From a virus, in the IMG/VR virus record IMGVR_UViG_3300031552_000002, positions 1 to 64,000 of that record: DNA of 64,000 bases, one strand, 5' to 3'. Position 1 is the stretch's first letter, and every line of letters begins with the position of its first letter. The position numbers and the translations under genes are program-made. Of this stretch, positions 34,915 to 45,324 are shown piece by piece. The notes below the pieces were generated by a model, which had not been told where the DNA came from, made no database searches, and worked only from the letters and a program-made list of their open reading frames with translations.

Positions 34915-36276
34915 TCACCCCTCCGCCATGTCAACGAACCTCGAATAGTGCCCCTGGAACGCCACCGTCACCGTGTCCGTCGGCCCGTTCCGGTGCTTCG
35001 CCACGATCAGGTCCGCCTCCCCCGCCCGGGGGCTCTCCCGGTCGTAGGCATCCTCCCGGTGCAACAGGATCACCAGGTCAGCGTCCTGCTCGATAGCCCC
35101 CGACTCGCGGAGATCCGACAGCAACGGACGACGATCCGCCCGCTGCTCCGGACCCCGATTCAGCTGGCTCAACGCCACGACGGGTACCCCTAACTCTTTC
35201 GCGAGGAGCTTCAGAGTCCGAGAGAACTCGGAGACCTCCTGCTGCCGGCTCTCCACCCGGCGCCCTGACGTCATGAGCTGGAGATAGTCCACGATGATCA
35301 GCTTCAGGTCGTTCCGTTGCTTGAGCCTGCGGCATTTCGCGCGGATCTCTGGGAGCGACATGTTCGGGCTGTCGTCGATGAACAGTGGCGCGTCCTGGAG
35401 TTCAGCGATTTTTTCGGCGATCCGTATCCAGTCAGAATCCTCGACGGCCCCGGTACGAAGCTTCTGGAGCCCGACGCGGGCCTGCGCGGAGAGAAAACGC
35501 ATGGTGACTTCCTGGGCGCTCATCTCCAGTGAGAACAGCACCGTGGTGAGCTTCGACATGGCGGCCGAGCGTGCGAAGTCGAGGGCGAGGGTCGATTTTC
35601 CGATTGCGGGACGGGCCGCGATCACGACCAGTTGCCCGGGGTGTAGCCCGTGGGTGAGCCGGTCAAGATCCGCAAATCCTGTCGGTATGCCCTGCATCGT
35701 CATATTATGGCATCCTGCCGCCTCGACGATGTCGATGACCTCCTCGACGAGCATCCCGAGGGGCCGACAGTCCGATGCCTGGTTGCGGGCCCCGGTGGCA
35801 TCGTCAAGGGCAGCGTGGGCTGCCGTGACCGCTTCCTCAGCAGTCTCGGACGCTGCCCCGGACCGTCGGTGCCCGATCTGGAGGATCCGCGTCCCCGCCA
35901 TGGTGAGAGCCCGGAGGGTTGCCGCCGTCCGGACGGCCTCGGCGTAGGACCGTGCCCCCGCCGTCGAGGGGACCTCAGCGATCAGCGTGTGGAGGTACGC
36001 CGGGCCGCCGATCTGGGTGATCTGCCCGGCGTTGACGAGCCGTGACGCCACGGTCACGGGGTCTGCTGGTTCGCCGGCCCCGTACAGGTCCAGAACCGTG
36101 TCATAGATGATCTCGTGTGCAGGGCGGTAAAAATCGTGTCCCCTAAGGACCTCAACGACGTCCGCGATGGCGTCCTTGGACAGCAGCATTGCTCCGAGGA
36201 CAGAGCGTTCCGCAGGGTCGTCCTGGGGCGGGGTAGGGGTGTTGGTGTCGTCATAGGTGTCTGTCAGCTCAGTCAA
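34915..36276 (-). CDS. dnaB: replicative DNA helicase
   Basis: AARPAIGKS, IIVDYLQLM, LSQLNR, DLRESGAIEQDAD, KHRNGPT. Confidence 0.97.
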   Translation of the reverse strand: MTELTDTYDDTNTPTPPQDDPAERSVLGAMLLSKDAIADVVEVLRGHDFYRPAHEIIYDTVLDLYGAGEPADPVTVASRLVNAGQITQIGGPAYLHTLIAEVPSTAGARSYAEAVRTAATLRALTMAGTRILQIGHRRSGAASETAEEAVTAAHAALDDATGARNQASDCRPLGMLVEEVIDIVEAAGCHNMTMQGIPTGFADLDRLTHGLHPGQLVVIAARPAIGKSTLALDFARSAAMSKLTTVLFSLEMSAQEVTMRFLSAQARVGLQKLRTGAVEDSDWIRIAEKIAELQDAPLFIDDSPNMSLPEIRAKCRRLKQRNDLKLIIVDYLQLMTSGRRVESRQQEVSEFSRTLKLLAKELGVPVVALSQLNRGPEQRADRRPLLSDLRESGAIEQDADLVILLHREDAYDRESPRAGEADLIVAKHRNGPTDTVTVAFQGHYSRFVDMAEG

Positions 36277-36334
36277 GGTGTGTCCCTAATCCGGGCCGTC
36301 CGGGGTCCGGTCGGCGGGGGTGGTGTTAGGGGGG

Positions 36335-36550
36335 TCAGTGATTTATTCGGTTGCCACGTCCGGGCCTTACTGCGGCACGAGCACGGACGGTCTGGGCGGA
36401 GTAGAGCGCGAGGGACCCTCCACCGGCAGGAGAGGGGTTCCGGCGGTAGCGGAGGGCCCGAATGCCCAGGCGGCTGAGTGCTGTCCGTGCGGAGTTCTGG
36501 TTGATGCCGAGATAATCCGCGACTTGGCTTACCGTCCATTCTTCCACCAT
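36335..36550 (-). CDS. HTH DNA-binding protein
   Basis: WTVSQVADYLGINQNSARTALSR. Confidence 0.6.
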   Translation of the reverse strand: MVEEWTVSQVADYLGINQNSARTALSRLGIRALRYRRNPSPAGGGSLALYSAQTVRARAAVRPGRGNRINH

Positions 36551-36641
36551 GGCTGCCTCGGCTTCTGTTCGTTGGTGTCCTGACAGAACCATGATGCCAC
36601 ATCCGTAGCGTTATCGCTCTGGACGTCCCGCAGCGGACCCG

Positions 36642-37220
36642 TCAGACGCTCAACGCACGCCCGACCAGAGCGAACCGGACCCGCAGGTCAGCAAGCTCAC
36701 CAGCCACCGTTACAGCCATCTCCAGGCACCGCACAACCTCAGCCATCACCGCCACAGACGGCACCATCTCGCCCGCCTCACGAACACCACGCAAGGCCGC
36801 TTCCAGGGCCGCGACGAAATCGCTCGTGTCACGCTGCGGGCAGGCCGGGAGGCCCGAGTCCAGCCACTCGACCCGGGTCCGCCCACCGTGCCCATGACAG
36901 GCCAGCATGTCCTCCAGAGAGTCCCAGTGCGACAGCGAGGCACGCTCACCTTCCCACTGGAGCGTCACCCGTCCCGATGACCATTCCACGCCGTCCGCGA
37001 TATGCCCCACCCCGGAGACACCGGAAACATCCTCGTCGCGGATCAGCCGGAAACGCATCGGCGACGCGACCTCCGCATACGACAGGGTCCGGACAACAGC
37101 ATCGCAGGCCCTCACCACGAAACCGGCAGCATCTCTGCTGGGGTTACCGGTCTCAAGTTCTCCTCGGAGACGCTCAATAACACCTATGAGCGTCTGGAGT
37201 TCAACACTGGCCTTGGTCAT
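36642..37220 (-). CDS. conserved phage hypothetical protein
   Basis: F.L.RDEDVSGVSG.G..ADGV.W..HGHGG.T motif. Confidence 0.65.
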   Translation of the reverse strand: MTKASVELQTLIGVIERLRGELETGNPSRDAAGFVVRACDAVVRTLSYAEVASPMRFRLIRDEDVSGVSGVGHIADGVEWSSGRVTLQWEGERASLSHWDSLEDMLACHGHGGRTRVEWLDSGLPACPQRDTSDFVAALEAALRGVREAGEMVPSVAVMAEVVRCLEMAVTVAGELADLRVRFALVGRALSV

Positions 37221-37236
37221 CTCGTATTCCTCATCC

Positions 37237-37419
37237 TCAGGTCATTACGTAGCGCCGTTCGCCCGGCTTCCGGCAGGCATGGGGCCGGCACACAGGGCAC
37301 GGTCTTGGGGAGTCCGGGGCCCAGGGCGCACGAGGGAGCCATCCGACGCCTGGCATGTCGGGGTCAGCCCCGCAATCCGGGTCCTCACAATCAGGCATGT
37401 CCATGCCCCTATGAAACAT
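37237..37419 (-). CDS. small Cys-rich protein
   Basis: CEDPDC..PCPVCRP. Confidence 0.4.
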   Translation of the reverse strand: MFHRGMDMPDCEDPDCGADPDMPGVGWLPRAPWAPDSPRPCPVCRPHACRKPGERRYVMT

Positions 37420-37721
37420 TATGTCGATTTTTTAAGCAACCTTCTTTGGGCTCGGTCTCTTGGGGTTGTCCCGCCCCAGATCCCGAAAACCTCACCAGAC
37501 CGGAGGGCCCACTCTGCGCATTCCTCTATGACTGGGCAGCTATGGCAGATACGTAGCGCCTCCTGCTGGACGCCTAAGCCATCTCCGTAAAACGACTCAC
37601 AATCCGTTCCGATACAGGCCGCCCGATCACGCCACTCCGCGAATATCTCAAGGCGATTCTCACGCAGAAACACCGCCTGCACGCCCGTAGGCGACACTCC
37701 TGTTCCCTTTCCCATCAGCAA
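37419..37721 (-). CDS. whiB: WhiB-family transcription factor
   Basis: AAC..ICHSCPVIEEC..GIWGG; start uncertain. Confidence 0.9.
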   Translation of the reverse strand: MLMGKGTGVSPTGVQAVFLRENRLEIFAEWRDRAACIGTDCESFYGDGLGVQQEALRICHSCPVIEECAEWALRSGEVFGIWGGTTPRDRAQRRLLKKST

Positions 37722-37734
37722 CGTTCACCGAAAA

Positions 37735-37773
37735 GTGGTGGTGCCCACAGAAAAATCCTGCGGGCACCACCAC
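37735..37773. terminator. hairpin
   Basis: GTGGTGGTGCCC / GGGCACCACCAC. Confidence 0.55.
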
Positions 37774-37794
37774 AGACCTTACCTTACTGCCGTC

Positions 37795-39834
37795 TCACCT
37801 TACGATCTTGACGACAGTCCTCCCGGGACCCGTGGTGCAGCCCGGAGACACGATCCTTACCTTGATGGCCTTCCATCCCTTGCCGGTGTTCAGGGTGAAG
37901 ACGCGCACTGAGGTGATCATCTTGTGCTTGCCGTTCACCGACACCCAGTACCGGGCACCAGCAGAGGGCTGCCCCAACGTATAGATCTTGACCTTCCCAT
38001 AGCCAGCCTGCGCAACGACGAGCGCCGTCATCCGGGTCGTGACCCTCACCATGACCGGCGCAGTGGCCTGCCCACCGGAACCGGCAACGAACGTGGTCGT
38101 CCGGGTCGCCGGGTAGGTCGCGGTCCAGGTCCCGCCGGTAGCAGTGACCGTCCAGGATCTCGGCGGGATACCGATGCCCTTCGCGGTGATGGTCACGGGC
38201 CCGTTCGGGGCGGTGCCGCTCAGGCTGATGGTCCGCCCGGCGAGCGCACCGGACGCGGTCAGTGACAGGGCAGTCGGCTCGGGGGTGGCCCCCACCGTGA
38301 TCGACGGCGACATGGCCGTGACCGTGGCTGGCACTGTCAGGGACGTTCCGAGCCACTGCCCGGCCCCAGCCGGAGTGACACCAGGCAGGACAGCGGAGTA
38401 CGCGCCGGTCCCGGGACTGTCAGCAGCCGCGAACCTCCCGGACCACGTGCCGTCAGCGCCAGTACTGATGCTGGCGACGTCGAGGACGCCGACGCCACCG
38501 GTGACGCCGGACAGCTCGACAGGGGTTCCCGGGACGGGGTTCCCGAACGCGTCGGCGACGCTCCCGGTGAGGACTCCGCTCTTCCCCTGCTCCAGGGTCG
38601 CCGCGGGGGCCGAGATCACATAAGGGTCAGTGGAGGCTGCCCCGGCTGGCGTGATCGTTGCCTGGGCGTCACCGGCCCGTACGGTGATCTTCGCCGGTCC
38701 GGTCTTCGTGAACACCACAGCGTTGAACCTGAGGTCAGAACCGACGTACTCAACGGTCTTGATCTCAGGGTGGTTGACTCCCTTGATCAGGGCGGTAGCG
38801 GCGTGGAGGCTATCCACGGCATTGTCACCGTCGAGGACCCACGTCCCCGGGGACGTGGTGACGTCCACGAGGGGGCACTCCAGGCGCACCGGCCCCGGCG
38901 CGCTCACCCGGGCCACGAGATCCACCGAATTCAGGTGATCGCGGTCCCCCAGGGGGTAGGTCTTCCCGCTCGGGCTGGCCTGGCCACCGAGGCGCATGAC
39001 CTCGACGCTGTCCGGCTTCGCGGAGTGCAGCCACGCCACATCTGCGACCCCGGGGGAGCTGGTATTGGGGAAGGTCGGGGTGACCTTCACGGTTCCGCCG
39101 TTGTGGGGCGTGACGAGGGTGGCAGTCCCAAGGTCGAACGTGAACGCCTGCGACCCGTTGAACTTCACGGGCACCGCTGGGGACGGGGGCGTGACGGTGA
39201 CGTTCCCGCCCTGGCCGGCAGCGTCGGCCCCACAGGGGCCGTTCTTAGCGGTGACATGGGTGTAGGCAGCAATGACGTCCCCGAGGACAGTCCCTCCTCG
39301 GAAGTCCCGCACGGTGGGCTGCGGCTCGAACTTGATGGTCCCGTCGAGGGTGACGGTTCCCATCGAGTCCTCGGGAGCGCGGAGCGTCACCGTCGGCACG
39401 AGGTCCGCGACCCGCATCGTCAGGAGCTGGGCAGCACGGTCGATCCCCTGATCGAATGCCGAATTCCCGTTCTCATCCGCGAAGACGCGGACCTTGTACT
39501 CACCCGCCGCGTCCGCAGCGAACGACCAGTAGACGTGAGTCGAACAGGAAGGACTCAGGGCCCCGGCGCCGGTCGGCGTCGTGGCGTGACGGGCCTTCAG
39601 GGTTCCGGGGCCGGACACGCGCTGGACACAGATCTTGTTCCCGTCACTGCCACCGATCTTCGCGTGGGCTGCGAGACCCGGGACGGCAGCGGCCCGGGTC
39701 GACACGGTCACCGTGCTGCCGATGCCGTCCACGGTCAGGGCCGTGCCAGCGCGGGACGACGTCGCCACCGTTACAGCGACACCGCCCACAGTCAGGGCTA
39801 CCGCCAGAGCGGCAGCCACGTTCCGATGCTTCAT
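37795..39834 (-). CDS. secreted beta-rich protein with Ig-like (Big_1-like) segments
   Basis: Signal peptide MKHRNVAAALAVALTVGG; VADAFGNPVPGTPV..TGADG. Confidence 0.7.
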   Translation of the reverse strand: MKHRNVAAALAVALTVGGVAVTVATSSRAGTALTVDGIGSTVTVSTRAAAVPGLAAHAKIGGSDGNKICVQRVSGPGTLKARHATTPTGAGALSPSCSTHVYWSFAADAAGEYKVRVFADENGNSAFDQGIDRAAQLLTMRVADLVPTVTLRAPEDSMGTVTLDGTIKFEPQPTVRDFRGGTVLGDVIAAYTHVTAKNGPCGADAAGQGGNVTVTPPSPAVPVKFNGSQAFTFDLGTATLVTPHNGGTVKVTPTFPNTSSPGVADVAWLHSAKPDSVEVMRLGGQASPSGKTYPLGDRDHLNSVDLVARVSAPGPVRLECPLVDVTTSPGTWVLDGDNAVDSLHAATALIKGVNHPEIKTVEYVGSDLRFNAVVFTKTGPAKITVRAGDAQATITPAGAASTDPYVISAPAATLEQGKSGVLTGSVADAFGNPVPGTPVELSGVTGGVGVLDVASISTGADGTWSGRFAAADSPGTGAYSAVLPGVTPAGAGQWLGTSLTVPATVTAMSPSITVGATPEPTALSLTASGALAGRTISLSGTAPNGPVTITAKGIGIPPRSWTVTATGGTWTATYPATRTTTFVAGSGGQATAPVMVRVTTRMTALVVAQAGYGKVKIYTLGQPSAGARYWVSVNGKHKMITSVRVFTLNTGKGWKAIKVRIVSPGCTTGPGRTVVKIVR

Positions 39835-39930
39835 CTGTCACTCCGATGCTTGTCTTGTACAAGACTTGCCCCCCGCACCACGCGCACGGTGCGGGGGGCT
39901 CGACCATCTTGCCACTTGCTGTGCCTGTCC

Positions 39931-40194
39931 TCAGTCAATGACCCTTCTTGGGCGACGCCGAGGAGCCACCGCCCTGGCCGTACCGGCAGCACACACTGAC
40001 CGATTGACGACTTCAGCAAGCCGCCCGCACTGCCAGCACCAGGCGAGGCCGGTCGCTGGGGGCGGCTCTACCCCGGTGGCGACAGGGTGCACAGCAGCCT
40101 GGTGCCCGCAGCCCAGATCCCGGACCCAGACCTCTTTCGTCTTACCGGTTAGTTCTGCGCTGATCTCAGCCGTTCCGAAAGAGATGCTCGTCAC
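39931..40194 (-). CDS. small hypothetical protein
   Basis: LGCGH..WCWQC. Confidence 0.4.
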   Translation of the reverse strand: MTSISFGTAEISAELTGKTKEVWVRDLGCGHQAAVHPVATGVEPPPATGLAWCWQCGRLAEVVNRSVCAAGTARAVAPRRRPRRVID

Positions 40195-40321
40195 CGGTAC
40201 ACCCCCACCGCGGCCGCGATCTTCAGGAGATCCGTGGTGGCCTCGTCGTCGAGGCCGGGGCACGGCGGGGCCACGTCCGGAAGAGAAGTAGTGCGCCTGG
40301 CCAACCGTCGGAAGATTCCCC

Positions 40322-41200
40322 TCACTGTGCAACTCCGCTCTGCTCGGCGGCCCACGGGTCCATCCCCGGGGGGTCCTCGGCCTGGTACTGGTCGGCCCCC
40401 GCCGGGACGTCAACGGTCTCCCCGGTTACCGTTTCCGGTCCCACGTACTGCGAGACGACCGAGATTTCTTGGTCGTCTCGCAGATCGACGCGGACCGTGT
40501 CGTCTGCTGCCATTGCGTTCATGAGTTCGGTCGATCGCGGCGCGTATTTCAGTGCCCGCTTCAGGACCGTTTTCTGAGCCATGGCCCAGAAATGGTCTCT
40601 CCAGGGGCCGAGGATTACGCCGTTTTTCTTGGCCATCGCGAACTCGTCGCGGTGGCGTTCAAGGTCTGTCCTAGACATGTAATCCCAGTACACGCCGCCG
40701 TTCGCCTTCACCACGGCGTAGGCCCCGATCTCCGCACCCCGGTCGCCCTTCAGGTAGGGGCGGTGAGTGAGACGGTCTGACGTCCCGTACTCGATGTCGA
40801 ACTCGTCGCGCTCGTACACGACCCTCGATGAAATCGACTCGATCAGCCCTGACCTCTGGGCCAGGGTCACGAGCCCCTGGTACCCGATGATGAGCTGCGC
40901 CTGCAACTCGCCCCGGATCCGGAGCGGCAGGAGCCATCCGTGCCCCAGGACCCCGGGCCTGAGCCCGAGCTGGGCCATCGTCATGAGCCCACCGAGGACG
41001 CTCACGCGGGTGCATTCAGCGAGCCTCGGATTGTTACTGATCACGGTTAGGGCATCCCTGACCAGCTGTCGGGCCTCAGCCCCCCTCGGCATAGCCTTTT
41101 GAAATTCACCCTCAAGATCCGTGACTTTCCGACGCATCACCTTTTCGGTGTCCGACGCCTTGACGGCCTGCTGGCCGGTCATTCTTTCTTTCAGCGACAT
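40322..41200 (-). CDS. recT: RecT-family single-strand annealing protein
   Basis: AQLGLRP, IGYQGL..LAQRSG, MAQKTVLKRALK..P.S.E. Confidence 0.92.
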   Translation of the reverse strand: MSLKERMTGQQAVKASDTEKVMRRKVTDLEGEFQKAMPRGAEARQLVRDALTVISNNPRLAECTRVSVLGGLMTMAQLGLRPGVLGHGWLLPLRIRGELQAQLIIGYQGLVTLAQRSGLIESISSRVVYERDEFDIEYGTSDRLTHRPYLKGDRGAEIGAYAVVKANGGVYWDYMSRTDLERHRDEFAMAKKNGVILGPWRDHFWAMAQKTVLKRALKYAPRSTELMNAMAADDTVRVDLRDDQEISVVSQYVGPETVTGETVDVPAGADQYQAEDPPGMDPWAAEQSGVAQ

Positions 41201-41227
41201 GGTGTGGTGTCCTCTCGGTTATTGCTG

Positions 41228-42175
41228 TTACCAGTTGACTTTCAGCGTTGAGGACAAGGTTTCCTCAACGGTGTACCCGCGCCGGACCGTCCGTTTCATG
41301 GCCCAGGCGGGCGTTTCCCTGCCCTTCACCCAGGCCGTGTCAGCAGGGCCGAGGAGATCGAGCATCTCTGCGCGGACCGCTGTCCGGCGCGCCTCTGCTG
41401 CTTTCACTGCGGCGCGGGCCCTTGCGACGTCTGCTGAGGCGTCGGCCCACGCCTGGGTGAGGCGCACGGCGTCCCCCTCAGGCACAGTTACTCCACCAGA
41501 CCGGTCCGGAAACAGGTTCTCCAGGACCTTGACCGCGGTCTCGTCGTAGTCCACTGGGGGCATGGTCCTGGCGGTCACGTGCCCCCAGAACTCGACGGCG
41601 TGCTTCACGAGGAGTTCCTCGACCTCCCGGTCACGCTCAACGGTGACCTGGATGAGCCGCTGCCCACCCAGTAGGACGGCGACGTGCACGTGCGGAAGGC
41701 CAGTGACGTGCAGCTGCCACGCCACCTGTGCCTCGACGTCCTCGGGGAGCCGATCCGTGTCCGGGTCCCACTGGCCAGTGAGGAACGCTGACTTAGTTTT
41801 CACCTCTAAGGCACAGGGGCCGCCGTGGGCGTGGGGGCATCCGGTGACGACCCGGTCGAGGGACGCGCGGCGCCAGGGGTGGTCACGGTGCGCGAGGACC
41901 CCTACCTGGTGGATGGTCACGCCCTCCCGGCGTGACCATTCGTCGGCGACGACGGGCTCAAGGAGGGTGCCCCAGTGGGCAGGCTCCCCGACGGGGGAGT
42001 TGTCCGTGCGGGTGGTCTTGGCCTCCCACACGGATCGCGGGTTTCCCCATTTCGACATTCCGATGATTTTCGGGATGTCCGTGGCGGTGAGTCCGTCGTA
42101 GCGGGCTGCCAGCCACGCCTCGGTGCCTGGTGCTGCCCCGGTGACGAGGACCGCGCGGGGTCCTTGGGTGTTCAT
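41228..42175 (-). CDS. YqaJ-like viral recombinase/exonuclease
   Basis: WLAAR..GLTATD, WGTLLEPVVA, ASLDR, LEVKT, QVAWQL.VTG. Confidence 0.9.
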   Translation of the reverse strand: MNTQGPRAVLVTGAAPGTEAWLAARYDGLTATDIPKIIGMSKWGNPRSVWEAKTTRTDNSPVGEPAHWGTLLEPVVADEWSRREGVTIHQVGVLAHRDHPWRRASLDRVVTGCPHAHGGPCALEVKTKSAFLTGQWDPDTDRLPEDVEAQVAWQLHVTGLPHVHVAVLLGGQRLIQVTVERDREVEELLVKHAVEFWGHVTARTMPPVDYDETAVKVLENLFPDRSGGVTVPEGDAVRLTQAWADASADVARARAAVKAAEARRTAVRAEMLDLLGPADTAWVKGRETPAWAMKRTVRRGYTVEETLSSTLKVNW

Positions 42176-42366
42176 CTCCGCACCAGGTCACGGAGGACAC
42201 TGTTAGGGACGGCGATCGTGAAGTCGTCGTTCCCGGCCGTCCCCTGGGGGCGGAGGATCAGCCGTATACCGGTGGGGTGCCGCAGGGCCCCCACGACCGT
42301 GGGGCGGACGGTGCGGACGGGGTTGATGGTTCGTGGTGTGGTGTGCATCGGTGTCCTCGGTCTTTT

Positions 42367-42546
42367 CTAGAGGTGTGTCGGGTCTCCAGGTTCGGGCTCC
42401 CTGGAGTTGAGAGCCTCGGTCAAGAGGATGTTGACCATCGAGTTTGTGCTGATGTTGAACTCTGCGGCCTGTGCTGTGATCCTCCGGTGGAGGTCTTCAG
42501 GCAGTCTCGCGTGGACTTGCCGGATGGTGGTTTTCTTCGGCGGCAT
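42367..42546 (-). CDS. Arc-like ribbon-helix-helix protein (59 aa, not in the ORF track)
   Basis: Hand translation MPPKKTTIRQVHARLPEDLHRRITAQAAEFNISTNSMVNILLTEAL... Confidence 0.75.
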   Translation of the reverse strand: MPPKKTTIRQVHARLPEDLHRRITAQAAEFNISTNSMVNILLTEALNSREPEPGDPTHL

Positions 42547-42762
42547 AACGTCACACTACCATAGTGGTACCACTGTTGTGGTGGGGAGACACGCCGCCGC
42601 CACCACCCGGACGCCATCCCGGCAGCAGCCCGGATTGACCAACACTGGGACCATCAGGGAGGATCGACCTGTCACAGGTGTCCTCTCAAGGTGACGCGCC
42701 GCTACGGTGGCGAGCTGGTCCCGGTCGTGGTGTCCGGGACCAGCAAACACCGAGAGGAAACC

Positions 42763-43284
42763 ATGAACGAGGACGCAGCCCGTACAGCGATAACGGTCCT
42801 GTCGCGGGCCCTCAACCAGGACCTAGTCGTCACCGTAGGTGACCGCTGGAATGAGGACCTCGAAGCCCTGAAGATTCTTCTCAGCGACGGCCTCGCCGAG
42901 CTAACCGTCCTTCCCGCCCGTGGCCTCACGGCCTGCCCGACGGCGGCGGGGATCGGCCTTCTTGAGGTCGCCGGCAGGATTCAGCGCGAGGAAACAGCTG
43001 AGGCCCGGATCCGGACGGACTCGCGTATCGCCTCTGCCTACGCGGAGGCGGCTTCGGCGTTACTTGCCAGGACCCCAGTCACACGGCATAGCGCTGTGGA
43101 CGCCGAGGAGCTCGCTTCGCCGCCCGGGTTCAAGGAACAGGGCGGGCCGCCAGATCGGCGCCACGGTCCACCACCAGATCGCGGCGTCCTGCGGGGTGTC
43201 GTGATGTGGGCTGTAGCCGGGCCGGAGGGTGAGGCCATCGCCCAGGCGGCGAGCCAGTTGCCCGAAACAGACACCTGTGATTAA
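42763..43284 (+). CDS. hypothetical protein
   Basis: GAGAGG RBS. Confidence 0.55.
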   Translation: MNEDAARTAITVLSRALNQDLVVTVGDRWNEDLEALKILLSDGLAELTVLPARGLTACPTAAGIGLLEVAGRIQREETAEARIRTDSRIASAYAEAASALLARTPVTRHSAVDAEELASPPGFKEQGGPPDRRHGPPPDRGVLRGVVMWAVAGPEGEAIAQAASQLPETDTCD

Positions 43285-43333
43285 CCACTGAATCAATATA
43301 TCAATACCCGCAGTAAACGCGTACAATAATACT

Positions 43334-43660
43334 ATGAGCGAAGAAAGACTCCGCTGGATCTCCCACATCATGGGAGACGACTGCCTCACAAACGCCACGC
43401 GCCTAATCGCCGTGGCCTACGCCATCACCCCATCAGAAGGAAGGACAGTCCAGCTCACAGCAAAAGAGGTAATGGCACTGTCAGGGATCAGATCAACCAT
43501 GACAGTATCGAGATCACGGAAACAACTAATAGCACGCGGATGGCTCACCACCGAAACACGCAGAGGATGGGGAAAAGCAGCAACTTATACCCTCACCATC
43601 CCGGCAGGCCGGCAACCGGCCACCACCAGCATCGATACCACGGACGGGGCGTCCCGATGA
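43334..43660 (+). CDS. wHTH DNA-binding protein, probably leaderless
   Basis: TAKEVMALSG..TVSR..KQLIARGWL; TACAAT at 43322-27, 6 nt before ATG. Confidence 0.7.
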   Translation: MSEERLRWISHIMGDDCLTNATRLIAVAYAITPSEGRTVQLTAKEVMALSGIRSTMTVSRSRKQLIARGWLTTETRRGWGKAATYTLTIPAGRQPATTSIDTTDGASR

Positions 43661-44412
43661 AAGACCTTGAGCAGGGTGACCGCTGGTGGTCGCAGCTGTC
43701 GGCTCTCGACACGGAGACGACAGGGGCCAACACGGCTGAGGACCGTATCGTCACCGCCGCCATCACGAGCGCTGGCACCGGGCCGTGCCGCGAGTGGCTC
43801 ATCTATCCGGAAGTCGAGATCCCGGAGAGCGCTACAGCCGTTCACGGGGTTTCCACGGAGCACGCGCAGAAACACGGCTGGGACGCGCGTCTGGTCCTTA
43901 CCGAGATCTCCAGCATGCTCCAAGAGATCACGGAAAGGGGCGTGCCCCTCGTGGTCTTTAATGCGAAATTCGATCTCCCAATACTCACGGCGGAGTTTCA
44001 CCGCCACGGCGTCAATAACGGCGCCTGGCCCGAGATCATTGACCCCCTGGTCATCGACAAGCACGTTGACCAATACCGGGGGGGAAGCCGTAAGCTCGAC
44101 GCTGTCTGCGAGCACTGGGGGGTGGAGCTAGTGAACGCGCATTCCTCAACCGGTGACGCAGAGGCCGCGCTGCTCCTCGCCCAGGCAATGTTTGACCGTG
44201 GAGTCCTCAACAACAGCCTCGTCTATGAGAAGAAAGGCGAAGACGGGGAACTGTGTCTGTTCCAGGTGGATGGATCGTCCAGCAGTCTCCAGGCTGCGCA
44301 AGCGGCCTGGGCAGACCAGCAATCGGACTCTCTCCGGAAGTTCTGGAGAAAGAAAGGCAACCCGCTGTGGAAGACCGTCACCAACGGGTGGCCCTTTCCC
44401 AAGGGGCAATAG
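43657..44412 (+). CDS. DnaQ-like DEDDh 3'-5' exonuclease
   Basis: LDTETTG, VHG, FNAKFD, IDPLVIDK, AHSSTGDA. Confidence 0.9.
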   Translation: MKDLEQGDRWWSQLSALDTETTGANTAEDRIVTAAITSAGTGPCREWLIYPEVEIPESATAVHGVSTEHAQKHGWDARLVLTEISSMLQEITERGVPLVVFNAKFDLPILTAEFHRHGVNNGAWPEIIDPLVIDKHVDQYRGGSRKLDAVCEHWGVELVNAHSSTGDAEAALLLAQAMFDRGVLNNSLVYEKKGEDGELCLFQVDGSSSSLQAAQAAWADQQSDSLRKFWRKKGNPLWKTVTNGWPFPKGQ

Positions 44413-44424
44413 CTGCGATTGTGA

Positions 44425-45324
44425 TCACGCTGCTACCGTTGCCGCGCATTGGCCTCGGAGAAGGTCTCGGATCCTCGCAGCCCCAGCGCTGGGAGCAGGG
44501 GCCTGCTCCGGTATCACCTGCTGCGCTACGGGAATAGTGCCCGCGTACCGGGGGTGGCAGTGGCAGCGTCTCATGCGGCCGTATCCGTCCTCGACGAAAC
44601 CGTGGTCACAGGACCCGCACCACTCCCGGCGGGGAACAGGAAGACGGCACGGGGTGACCTCGCCGAGCCGGTGGAGGAGGACAGCCCGGGGGCTCCGGGC
44701 CCCGTCGAGGGCCCCGCTAAGGGTCTCCTCGGCGGCCCGAAAACCACGCAGGGCGTTCCCGGCGCCGAGGCCACGAAGGATCGGCAGGAGCTCGTCCTCC
44801 TGGACTGGCAGGGACATCCTGGCGAGTCGGCGTCGGACGTCCAGCTCGTCAGGGTCTTCCTCCTGGCGTTCAGTGGGCGCGGGCCCGGCGTGAGGCCAGA
44901 CGACAGCGGGAGGCCCCGGGCGCAGAACCTCGACCGGGCGCCGGACTGCTGTGGGTTCCTCTACGAGCGCGGGGTTCTCGTGGGGCTCCTGGGATGCGTC
45001 CTCGACGTGTTCGGCTGTCTCCGTGGCTCCTGCGGACGGCGCGTAGGTCGTCAGCGTGTACGTGCACCCGACGATCCCGCCGTTCCGGTGCCGCTGCACC
45101 GACGTGACCAGCCCCGAGGCCCTGAGGGCAACCAGGGCCGCCTTGACGGGGCGGAGCGTGAGGCCAGCGCGTTCGGCAATCGCGTGCTGTGAGGGCCAGC
45201 AGGTGCCGTTGCTGTCGGCGAAGGACTCAAGCGCCAGGTACACGCGAACCTCAGCGCCGGTCTTGGTGAGTTCGAGGGCCCGTGCCGCTCTGAGGCGCGG
45301 TCCCGGGCAGGTACACTGTTCCAT
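44425..45324 (-). CDS. wHTH replication initiator-like protein 2
   Basis: VYLAL..FAD..CWPSQ..IAERAGL..V..AL..L; C-terminal WCGSC..RC.CHP; AGGAG RBS. Confidence 0.7.
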   Translation of the reverse strand: MEQCTCPGPRLRAARALELTKTGAEVRVYLALESFADSNGTCWPSQHAIAERAGLTLRPVKAALVALRASGLVTSVQRHRNGGIVGCTYTLTTYAPSAGATETAEHVEDASQEPHENPALVEEPTAVRRPVEVLRPGPPAVVWPHAGPAPTERQEEDPDELDVRRRLARMSLPVQEDELLPILRGLGAGNALRGFRAAEETLSGALDGARSPRAVLLHRLGEVTPCRLPVPRREWCGSCDHGFVEDGYGRMRRCHCHPRYAGTIPVAQQVIPEQAPAPSAGAARIRDLLRGQCAATVAA

